Part shown: piece by piece, positions 10,887 to 19,409 of the stretch
How the letters are laid out: the number at the start of each line of letters is the position of its first letter
Position numbering within the stretch: position 1 is the stretch's first letter
From: Thermoplasmatales archaeon
GTDB lineage: Archaea > Thermoplasmatota > Thermoplasmata > Thermoplasmatales > Thermoplasmataceae
Length of the DNA: 64,000 nt
Direction of reading: 5' to 3'
Assembly: GCA_027310185.1 (NCBI GenBank)
Contig: DAIDBH010000008.1
Location: forward strand, 1-64,000
The notes under the pieces: model-generated
What the model saw: the letters and a program-made list of their open reading frames with translations, nothing else
What the model was told of the DNA's origin: nothing
Databases searched by the model: none
Translations under genes and position numbers: made by a program

Positions 10887-10946
10887 ATTGTTAAAAATCA
10901 ATATATTTGACCCATATTGTTATTGCAGCACCTCCCTCCTTCCCAT
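10887..10946. repeat. 60-bp dispersed repeat, copy 1 (copy 2 at 18732-18791)
   Basis: 57/60 identical by manual alignment. Confidence 0.95.
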
Positions 10947-11161
10947 TCCCATCGGGAATAATCGCGTTCTTCCCATGTCTTGTTAATCCTCTCTTTCTCC
11001 ACCTTTTGTGCTATTGTTCCCGGCACTCTCGTTTCGTCAAGGTTTTTTATGAGGTTAAGAATTGTTTCACTATAGGTCTCCCGTCCGTATCTTTTAAGGC
11101 TTTTAAGTAGATCTACAACCGATCTATCCAGTTGAATTGTTGTGACTTCTGATTTTGTCAT
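10898..11161 (-). CDS. Orphan RHH-like antitoxin (TTIQL..RETY family) with a foreign C-terminus
   Basis: Similar to 22330-22563 and 23524-23775; its last 15 aa are encoded by the 60-bp repeat. Confidence 0.65.
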   Translation of the reverse strand: MTKSEVTTIQLDRSVVDLLKSLKRYGRETYSETILNLIKNLDETRVPGTIAQKVEKERINKTWEERDYSRWEWEGGRCCNNNMGQIY

Positions 11162-11344
11162 GATTTGCTATCTGTACTATGTATATAACAGATTATAAAA
11201 CTACTATTGGGAGAAGTCTATTTATTGATGCATATAAAATACCAGCCTTTCTGGCACAGGCTTTTGATAATATATACATAATATCATGATCGAAGTTCAT
11301 GATTAAGATTATGATCAACCTGGACACTGAGTTATAGTAGGGAG

Positions 11345-11385
11345 AATACGCTGGCCAGGGTTTGATCAAAGTCTTAAACGAATAC
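11345..11385. repeat. Degenerate att-like copy of the tRNA-Ala 3' end plus arm
   Basis: aatacgctggccagggtttga matches the core at 14/21 and is followed by tcaaagtcttaaacgaatac, which resembles the arm ttaatgttttaagcgaata. Confidence 0.6.
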
Positions 11386-11437
11386 TTTTAAGTAAACTGT
11401 AATTAACGTAAGATTGTTTATTTTCAGGCTCTAATGA

Positions 11438-11554
11438 TCATCCCAGATAGATAGAATTTAAGCCGGTGGAGAGTGCTAATTTATGAAGCCTTTCATTTCC
11501 GGTGTAAAATTCGTTACATCCAGCTTCAATGGCACTTGAAATCTGTAAGGCATC
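11438..11554 (-). pseudogene. VapC/PIN toxin C-terminal remnant
   Basis: Manual translation DALQISSAIEAGCNEFYTGNERLHKLALSTGLNSIYLG*. Confidence 0.65.
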
Positions 11555-11560
11555 AAGTAC

Positions 11561-11735
11561 CTCCACCAGCACAGATTCACAAGCATTCCTGGCCAAATAA
11601 CTTCAGAGATTCTTCCTGACACGGTTTCAGTCACTTTCGTTCATGATAATATGTCATGCAATTGATGGAAAGCTGCACCAAAATCTTTTAAGCTGAAAAA
11701 ACATGAACCAGAAATGACGCTTGAACCAGATAAGG
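11561..11735 (+). promoter_or_regulatory. Diverged copy of the esterase upstream region, promoter and first codons (homologous to about 3080-3250)
   Basis: Colinear similarity, e.g. tgcaattgatggaaa..ccaaaatc.tttaag.tgaaa.aacatgaacca...atgacgcttga, in both places. Confidence 0.85.
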
Positions 11736-12094
11736 AAAAACAAACACATGAAGCAGGAATCCTAAATAATTCAAGTCTTAACCATTGGTACAAGTTTTTA
11801 CTGTACCTGGGAGGAGCCATCCTTATTATTGGCTTTTATTTCTATCTCCAGTATCCTTTATCCAGCCTTTATGAACCATATTATATTGCAGATAGGGTCA
11901 TTGATTTTGCCATTTTCACAATCTTAATTGGCGCTTCACTCTGGATTCTTGATGAAATATTATACTACAAGGAAACCTATCCAAAACATGGCGTAGATCA
12001 TGAAAAAAATCTTAAAAGATTGATGATTGTGAGATTTATTTCCTGGATAGTAATGTTTGTCATATGGATTGTTTTGGCATTGTTGTTCATATGA
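11714..12094 (+). CDS. Three-TM membrane protein whose N-terminus derives from an esterase start
   Basis: Three hydrophobic segments; begins MTLEPD versus the esterase MTLDPA. Confidence 0.6.
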   Translation: MTLEPDKEKQTHEAGILNNSSLNHWYKFLLYLGGAILIIGFYFYLQYPLSSLYEPYYIADRVIDFAIFTILIGASLWILDEILYYKETYPKHGVDHEKNLKRLMIVRFISWIVMFVIWIVLALLFI

Positions 12095-12217
12095 ATATGA
12101 GATCATAAATTTATCACTCACTATTTTTCAATAAGAATCATGAAGTTACACCATTAATCTGCAAAATATAATAAAAAATAAGGATCCTCTAAAGAATAAA
12201 ACAGAAAAATAGAGTGT

Positions 12218-13600
12218 TTACTCCGGTTCAGCCATTACCAGTATTTCAGGATGTTCTTCCTCCCTGTTGATCTCCTCCAGGGACTTGCCTTTTGTCTCAA
12301 TTCCAAGGAAGATTGTTGCCAGCAGTCCTATTAAAGACAGGGTAGTGAAGAAGAAGAGGCTTGTGCTGAATCCATAATCTGACACAATAAATGGAAATGT
12401 TGTGATTCCAAGTATTGCACCAATCCTGCTCACAGATGTCCCGAATCCCTGCGCAGTTGCCCTGTCTTCAGTTGGAAACAGCTCAACCGGATATACGAAG
12501 TCCGTAGATCCTGGACCTATCGCCTCCGTAATGTAGAATATTAGGAAAAGGGCAAATATCAAGGCACCGGCGGTGACGAATGCTGCCTTGTCTGGTATGT
12601 GTAATGTAACAAGACCAAGTGCAGCCAGTGATACAACCATACCTGAAAAACCGATTATTGTTATTCCCTTCCTGCCAATCCTGTCTATAAGAAGAATTGC
12701 TATGATGACACCAGTAATCGCAAAGAAGTCAAACACCGCTGAACCCAGGACAGCTTCCCTTGCCTTCAACCCCAGGAGTTCCAGGATCGTGGGGCTGAAT
12801 ATGCTTATACCGTAGAATGAAGCATCAAATACGAACCAGAATATTCCAATAAACAGCAGGCTTCTGATGTACTTCCTGCTCAGGAGATCGCGCAATGGAT
12901 TTTTATTATCCCTCTTAATTTCAGCCAGGTTGTCTGTACTTCCGGTCAGCTCAATTTCCACAGCTGATGCCTCCTTCATTCTTCCCTTGTTATTGAGCCA
13001 TCTGGGTGATTCCGGTACATCTCTTCTTAGCACAAGGATTATTGCAGCAGGTATTACACCAAGCAGGAACATGTATCTCCATGACTGTGCTCCGAGTGTT
13101 AAAAGGAAATAGCCTGTAACAGCTGCCAGTACAGCGCCTACATACCATGCGAGGTTATTCAGTAAAAGCAGCTTTCCCCTTGCCCTGACAGGTGAAAACT
13201 CACTTATTATGGTTGTACCAATGGCATAATCAGCACCGAGTCCAAGTCCCAGTATGAATCTCATGATGAAGAGTGAGTCAAAATTCCATGAAAATGCAGT
13301 TGCGATCGTCATGACAATAAACAGTGCCATGTCATACATGTACATCGTCCTTCTTCCATAGAGATCTGTTATGTATCCAAAAAGAATTGCCCCCACAAGC
13401 ATTCCAATGGTAGTGGATGCGGCAATCATTGCCACGCCAAAACTACTGTTGAGCCCAAAAGTTGCCTTCCCCATGACCAGTAGCGCAACTGATATTATGG
13501 CAATGTCATAGCCATCCAGGAATGTTCCGCCCACAGAAAGAGCTGTGATCTTTCTATGCATGGAACCAACCTTTGCGTTATCGAGAACATTATATTCCAT
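12218..13600 (-). CDS. MFS transporter, paralogue of 956-2266
   Basis: GGTFLDGYDI, DLYGRR, PESPRWL, ETKGKSLEE; start taken at MEYNVLD. Confidence 0.92.
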   Translation of the reverse strand: MEYNVLDNAKVGSMHRKITALSVGGTFLDGYDIAIISVALLVMGKATFGLNSSFGVAMIAASTTIGMLVGAILFGYITDLYGRRTMYMYDMALFIVMTIATAFSWNFDSLFIMRFILGLGLGADYAIGTTIISEFSPVRARGKLLLLNNLAWYVGAVLAAVTGYFLLTLGAQSWRYMFLLGVIPAAIILVLRRDVPESPRWLNNKGRMKEASAVEIELTGSTDNLAEIKRDNKNPLRDLLSRKYIRSLLFIGIFWFVFDASFYGISIFSPTILELLGLKAREAVLGSAVFDFFAITGVIIAILLIDRIGRKGITIIGFSGMVVSLAALGLVTLHIPDKAAFVTAGALIFALFLIFYITEAIGPGSTDFVYPVELFPTEDRATAQGFGTSVSRIGAILGITTFPFIVSDYGFSTSLFFFTTLSLIGLLATIFLGIETKGKSLEEINREEEHPEILVMAEPE

Positions 13601-14066
13601 GAGTGCCCATAACATGGGATTATTTAGAAAAAATCCAAATAAAAAATATGCCACAATATAACCTTACTTGCATTACCATAAGAACAATAGAATAGATGAT
13701 ATTGCGAATACACTATTTTAATTGCCACTCAAATGATGATGAAGGAAGAATCCTCTAAAAATCCTGGAGATAACAGGACTTTTCGATGGCTTCTCTTTGG
13801 AATCAGATATGAGACTGCAGTAATACAGTTGAAATTTCGTAGAATACCCCCCTCATATAGGGAGAATGGGCATATTTTCCTCAAAGTTTGGTTTTCGCAA
13901 TCAATAATTAACAAACGAAGTTTTATATGACGAGAATCCTATTTTCCATTTTGTTATTTACCCTATATATGAGACAGTAAACATAATGGATATATGGTGA
14001 AAATTGTTAATTAATCTCCAGTGATCATTAAGAGTAACCTGGAAAATTAAGAAGGTACGTGATCAT

Positions 14067-14825
14067 ATGGAAATAAAATTTTTAGGAAACTGGTCCTCAC
14101 ATTTGGAAGCTGGAAAAAGGAACGTGTCTCTACTTGTAGACAGGCATATTCTGCTGGATTGCGGGCCACATACAATAGAGTCATTACTGGAATCAGGGAT
14201 CAATCCTGATAATTTAGACATGATCCTGATAAGTCACATGCATCTTGACCATTTTGGTGGCCTCGCTGAGATTCTCTGGTATCGCGGTTCTAGAAACATA
14301 AGCGATGAACTTACGATCATGGGCCCGCCAGGAATAAGGAAGAACATTGAAAGGATCCTCCAGATCTATAACAAGCCGGACAATGACCTGTTCAGGGTAA
14401 CAGCAAATTATGTGGAGATCAGTCATAATGGGGATGTACACGAGATCAGGTCAAGGTTTGTTGAGAGCAAGAAAGATGATCATGTGGAGGCTTTTCAGGG
14501 AAACCACATAATTCCCGACAACATTTACAGAATTGAGTATCAGAAGCATGTAATCGCATACACAGGGGATACTGCGTACACTGAAAATATATCCAAAGCG
14601 GGTGAAGGAGCAGATCTGCTTTTCCATGAAATGACATATACAGATAGTGAAAGCAAGATAGCAGAATTCTGGAAACATTCCACATACTCGTCTGCACTGA
14701 AAGGCTTCAGGGAGAGCAGGGCAGGTAAGCTCGTTCCTGTGCACCTTACAGATGGGACCCTCTCCATCCTGAAATCCGGCAATGAAGAAGATATAATTCT
14801 TCCACTTCACGACATAGTATTATAG
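14067..14825 (+). CDS. Metallo-beta-lactamase-fold hydrolase (RNase Z/phosphodiesterase-like)
   Basis: LLDCG, SHMHLDH, YTGDT, HEMT, HST, VHL. Confidence 0.85.
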   Translation: MEIKFLGNWSSHLEAGKRNVSLLVDRHILLDCGPHTIESLLESGINPDNLDMILISHMHLDHFGGLAEILWYRGSRNISDELTIMGPPGIRKNIERILQIYNKPDNDLFRVTANYVEISHNGDVHEIRSRFVESKKDDHVEAFQGNHIIPDNIYRIEYQKHVIAYTGDTAYTENISKAGEGADLLFHEMTYTDSESKIAEFWKHSTYSSALKGFRESRAGKLVPVHLTDGTLSILKSGNEEDIILPLHDIVL

Positions 14826-14858
14826 GAATTTTTCATGATATGAAGGTATTGGATAAAA

Positions 14859-15515
14859 ATGAGCCAGAACTATAAGAGAAGGATATACTTTTTAAGACAT
14901 GGACAGACAGATTGCAACAAGAATGGATTGTGGTACTGCCCGGAGAAGACTCATATCAACGAAACTGGAATGGCACAGGCCCAGGGCATAGCAGATATCA
15001 TAACCAGCATCAATCCTGATAAGGTCTACTGCAGTCCATTCCAGAGATGCATGGACACTGCAAATATTGTCCTCAAAAATCTCCCGAACCATGGCTTTAC
15101 AGTAAGGCAATGCCTTATGGAACGAAATTTCGAAGGCATCGAGGGTTTGACTGAAAAAGACGTCATGGATGAATACGGAGTGTGGATGGAACAATCTCCC
15201 ATAACTGGAAGGATGGACTCGATCCCACGTATTGAAAAAAGTGTCTCATTCAACATAAGAGTCAGAAGCTGCATTGACCAGATAATAGGTGAAACTGGAG
15301 ACTGCGAAAATATACTCATTGTGACCCATGGTGGTGTAATTTATTCATTTGTTTACCAGAAATTGAATATTGATCCAAGACCAGATCCGTTCTATAACTG
15401 CGCGTTGCTTGGCCTGGAGATAGAGAGGAACTCATTCAGGCCCATTCTTTCCATTAACATCAGGAAGGGCTGGTATCGTGGAGCTGAACTTTCTTCCAGT
15501 GACCAGCTTTTGTAA
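14859..15515 (+). CDS. Histidine phosphatase family protein
   Basis: LRHGQT, SPFQRCMDTA, ERNF, VTHGG. Confidence 0.9.
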   Translation: MSQNYKRRIYFLRHGQTDCNKNGLWYCPEKTHINETGMAQAQGIADIITSINPDKVYCSPFQRCMDTANIVLKNLPNHGFTVRQCLMERNFEGIEGLTEKDVMDEYGVWMEQSPITGRMDSIPRIEKSVSFNIRVRSCIDQIIGETGDCENILIVTHGGVIYSFVYQKLNIDPRPDPFYNCALLGLEIERNSFRPILSINIRKGWYRGAELSSSDQLL

Positions 15516-15809
15516 ATCTATGTCCTGTTGCATGTGACCCATGTTCCTATTGTATTTGGGTCATCCTAAAACTATGGTGATTGCAGCCACAAGGTGATCC
15601 TTTCCCTCAAAATTGTTTACCTGCAATTCTGTTTTTGTGACCATTCATCAGGAATTAACATGGAATCAGGGCATCTTCGGGTAATTCTTTGAGTGGTCCA
15701 ATGGAAATAGCGATGACTGCCCTAATCATCATGATATCACAGTGACCAGGCTTATCCCGCCATAAATATTTGTAAAGAACAGGCCTGGAATTGCAGGGAT
15801 TGAAAATAT

Positions 15810-16556
15810 CTAGACAAGTGACAATAATTTTCTTATTAGATCTGCACCTTCTTTCTCTTGCATTTCATTGCTGGAAGAAAACTTCTCTATTATTCCCTCT
15901 TCCATGAACTTTCTAAGGAAGCCAAATTTTGAAAACGTGTATGATATAAGCTCCAGGTTGGGGTTAGAGAATGCATTGCATTTAATCAGCGAAATAATGT
16001 CTCCGCAATCCTTTTCCAGCTTCTCCAATAGACGATCCTTGTCGGGATAATTATCCGACTGCAAATCATGATTTCTGTCCCACGCCGCCTTGAGCTTCAA
16101 TATCATAAGCATAGATACCTCTGGCACAATAACGCTGATTTCTCTTTTAGATAAATATGATACAGATCTGGCTTCTATCTTGAAGTTAAGCCTGGTTAAA
16201 TCCAACATTTCATTCTTCCCATGAAATCTATCCCTCTTTGGTAGAAAGTCAATGTATATATCGCCAGAATTCGATCTTTTCAAAAATATGGTGTTCCCTT
16301 CAGGAACCTTTTCCTTGCTATAGTTTCTTTGCTGATGAAGGTGACTCTGAAGTGCAGTTTTGAAGCGGCTTGTGGCTATGAAATCCATATCAAGTGAGTA
16401 TTTCCATGGGATATAGGAGTGAACTGCCCATCCCCCAACCAAGACAAGGTCACCCTGTTTATATTTGATATTTCCCAGGCTCCACTTGAAGATGTATCTT
16501 AGCTCCTCAATTGAGTCCAGAGCGAGATTTGTTGATCTATTTCCTTTACTTTCCAA
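15810..16556 (-). CDS. Pol-beta-fold nucleotidyltransferase (AbiEii/MenT-like toxin candidate)
   Basis: VLVGGWAV..SLDMDF, IDFL, LKLKA..R, KD..DI. Confidence 0.72.
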   Translation of the reverse strand: MESKGNRSTNLALDSIEELRYIFKWSLGNIKYKQGDLVLVGGWAVHSYIPWKYSLDMDFIATSRFKTALQSHLHQQRNYSKEKVPEGNTIFLKRSNSGDIYIDFLPKRDRFHGKNEMLDLTRLNFKIEARSVSYLSKREISVIVPEVSMLMILKLKAAWDRNHDLQSDNYPDKDRLLEKLEKDCGDIISLIKCNAFSNPNLELISYTFSKFGFLRKFMEEGIIEKFSSSNEMQEKEGADLIRKLLSLV

Positions 16557-17577
16557 ATTTTCTCACCAGATCCTTTGCTGCAATACGCCCATCCATGCCC
16601 AGCCCTGCTAAGTCAAGTATATTCTGGCAGATATCCACTATCCTGATTCCATTAATTTTTGTTGAAGAGCTCATGATGTTTCTATCAGGTACATATATAT
16701 TCAATCTGCAACCACCCATATTCTTCTCAGTAAATAGCCTGAGAACTTCTCTATCTGACGGGTTTGGGAGGTAAATATAAGCCGTATCTTCCCTAACTAT
16801 GGATGATCCATATGAAACGGCGGATGAATGTGATGTAAATGCATAATCTATTCCAAGCTTGTTTAAATTAAGCGATACTTCGTTTATACACTCGGTTGCG
16901 CTGTTGAAGCTTGTATTAATTGTTTCTACCAGAAGGCTTTCAAGAGGCCTTTCCCATGAAACTAAATTAAAAAGCTTATCTATATCCTTGATTCTCAGGC
17001 TGTAATCTGCAGCAACTATTCCTGAGTCCTCAAGCTTATGAATTATGGTATTTGTCCAGCCATATGAAACACCGCTCTTCCTGGAAACCTCAAGTATGCT
17101 ATAAGAGTTACTGGTGATTAAGGAACAGACTGTTTTCCACGCTTTTTCAGAGGCCAGTCTTGACGGGCTTGCCCTCCGGTGTTCTGAGGGAGAATTCGAC
17201 TTTGGTTCTGTTATCAACTGTGACAAGAATGGATACAGTTTCGAAGGAAAGAGGATGATTTCTATACCAAGTCTTGTCGCAAGTTCATCTGTGCTGAATT
17301 TCAATGATTTTCCAGCACAAACTAACCTTATTTTCTCTTTGCCTGTCGACTTCTCATCTATTAAATGTGACAGAACATATATCCTGTAAATTGTGTCTTC
17401 ATTTATTCTTGACCTGATTTCAATCAGCGTAATAGTGTCTTCCGATTCAATCGCCAGATCTACCATCATTTCCCTTTCTCCGACTTTTATTGAATATGGC
17501 CTTGAGATTTTTGCCTCTCGTGATATTCCTAATTTTTCTCGTATAAAATGGTAAACTGGCTCTGGATCTTTAATCAT
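16546..17577 (-). CDS. Winged-helix AbiEi-like regulator/antitoxin with an N-terminal nuclease-like domain
   Basis: VDLAIE..LIEIRS, HTH SILEVSRKSGVSYGWTNTIIHKLEDSG, YAFTSHSSA and QNILDL; overlaps the NTase gene. Confidence 0.65.
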   Translation of the reverse strand: MIKDPEPVYHFIREKLGISREAKISRPYSIKVGEREMMVDLAIESEDTITLIEIRSRINEDTIYRIYVLSHLIDEKSTGKEKIRLVCAGKSLKFSTDELATRLGIEIILFPSKLYPFLSQLITEPKSNSPSEHRRASPSRLASEKAWKTVCSLITSNSYSILEVSRKSGVSYGWTNTIIHKLEDSGIVAADYSLRIKDIDKLFNLVSWERPLESLLVETINTSFNSATECINEVSLNLNKLGIDYAFTSHSSAVSYGSSIVREDTAYIYLPNPSDREVLRLFTEKNMGGCRLNIYVPDRNIMSSSTKINGIRIVDICQNILDLAGLGMDGRIAAKDLVRKFGK

Positions 17578-17588
17578 TTATATAACTG

Positions 17589-17680
17589 TATTCACTGATA
17601 CTTTATTAATTTATCACTGATAGCTATCTGTAGATAGTAATACATTCAATAATTATCACTGATAAGAGTCTAACAGATAG
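17589..17680. promoter_or_regulatory. Operator-like palindrome array upstream of 16546-17577
   Basis: TATCA-C-TGATA at 17612 and 17654, a near-copy at 17589-17600, and CTATCT-GT-AGATAG at 17624-17637. Confidence 0.6.
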
Positions 17681-18327
17681 AAATGAACGAACCTGCATAA
17701 TTGGCTCCGGGTTTAACTGAATATTTTTATGTAGAATGTTCTAGATTTTTCTATGTGCTTCATAGAATCCTGAATTATGGATACTATTAACGATGCTTCT
17801 ACCGGGATAGTTTTAGGAGAGAGTTTAGTAGAGTAGCTTTTGCAATATCATGAATTCTCCTAAAAATTGAATTCTCTAATTAATGTAGATAGATTGCTTT
17901 TTTTCTCAGTCTTTCCTTGGTCTTCTTAAGCTTATGCTTGTTTCATGTTTGTAAACTTACATAAATATATTTTACATTCTCGTTCCTGCACTTTTTGAGA
18001 TTTCGTGAATTGAATAACTTCAATCCATAATGCCCCTGGCCGTGCTTAGTGCAATTATAATATATACAAAATTCATCATTTTAGTCATGAAAAACCATGG
18101 ATAACTTTTATCCAGAATGAACAACTCAGAAATACTAAAGGAAACAAGGGCGAAAACAACTGCAAGTATCAAGGAAAGAGCAGAATGAAAGTGCTTATTT
18201 TATGCGAAATAATGAGATATTTGTATAGATGTGAACAGGGAAACTACATCGATAGAGTGAAATAATATCCACTCATATTTGCTAATCGTTGATTTTAATT
18301 ACTACTCCTCTTATGAAACTGGAAATT

Positions 18328-18552
18328 TCAGCTGCTGTTTCTACTAGCGTTTTTTTGGTAATCCTCATTTTTCTCCCAGTTAATTCTTGCAATAATAGCT
18401 GCAAGACAAGCTACAGTGGTCAGAGATAAAATGGATAGATTCAGAAGAAGTTGACCTGTTCCCAGCCCCAAGCCTTCATAAATGTTAATTGCACCTGCAA
18501 TCATAGCCAGAACCAGTACTGGAACCATAATTCTGTTTGAAACTGGCCTCAT
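18328..18552 (-). CDS. Small two-TM membrane protein
   Basis: Two hydrophobic helices, ATG start. Confidence 0.5.
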   Translation of the reverse strand: MRPVSNRIMVPVLVLAMIAGAINIYEGLGLGTGQLLLNLSILSLTTVACLAAIIARINWEKNEDYQKNASRNSS

Positions 18553-18731
18553 TATCCCACTTTCTATTATATAATATAGTTGAGTTCAATATATCTACTT
18601 ATCCGTTAGATAGTCCCACTAATTTCATTTTATTATACAAGAGTTGATTTTAAATTTCCAGTGTGAATTGTCCCAGTTATGCCAACAATACCCATTGCCT
18701 TTAATAAGACCAAAGCTTGACAAATTTTTCT

Positions 18732-18791
18732 ATTGTTAAAAATCAGTATATCTGGCCCATATTGTTATTGCAGCACCTCCCTCCTTCCCAT
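18732..18791. repeat. 60-bp dispersed repeat, copy 2
   Basis: 57/60 identical to 10887-10946. Confidence 0.95.
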
Positions 18792-19159
18792 CTCATCAAG
18801 GCTGACATTATCATCATTGAAGAACTGAAGAATGAAGTGGATGTCCCGATTTCCTCTGGTTTGAATGTTGTGTTTGCTATCTGGATTCAAAGAGTCCATG
18901 CTATTCCATAACTGCATATGCCAGTAATTATACTGACTGCAAATACCATGTAAGGTCTCCTGTTCTTTATTGGAGACTTTAGCCTGATTATGAACCTTGT
19001 CACAACATCACCAACGAACATTATTGCCAGGAGGTAGAACATTGTGGTTGCAGTAAGACCGAGAACACTTCCATAAATGACCCAGTAGGAGAATATTATG
19101 TAGAATGGAATTGTATAGGCGAATGCTGCTATTAATGCCCAGTTGAACTGCCTGCCTTT
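18743..19159 (-). pseudogene. MFS transporter fragment related to 55958-57169
   Basis: Manual translation QFNWALIAAFAYTIPFYIIFSYWVIYG...YGIAWTL*IQIANTTFKPEEIGTSTSFFSSSMM; in-frame TGA at 18887-18889 and no start. Confidence 0.7.
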
Positions 19160-19310
19160 TTAGAACTAGTGACAGAAAGGAAAGGCAGTTTCAAGAATGG
19201 TCGCTATTATTGCGTCAATAGCAATTAATAACGGCTGCTCACTTTATACCCTGGATAAGCATTTTGAAATTTTTATTGAGAACGGTCTCAAGATGTTCAA
19301 GTAAAGTTAG

Positions 19311-19349
19311 AGTGAAGTGCTAGGGAATTGATTAATCCTTAACTCAGGT
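19311..19349. repeat. Degenerate att-like copy plus arm
   Basis: 14/21 to the core; 28/39 ungapped to the 21977 copy, including ttgattaat..ttaa.tcaggt. Confidence 0.55.
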
Positions 19350-19409
19350 GTGTGCATATTATTTCACAAGTCTATGCTGATTGTAAGAATTTGTGTCCAA
19401 CACCCACAC

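Noticed and set aside
17696-17740. Possible further att copy (cataattggctccgggtttaa)
   Set aside because: Only about 11/21 to the core and the arm needs gaps; not distinguishable from chance by eye.
18887-18889. In-frame TGA as selenocysteine or readthrough
   Set aside because: It lies in a start-less, internally shortened MFS fragment, so ordinary pseudogenisation explains it.
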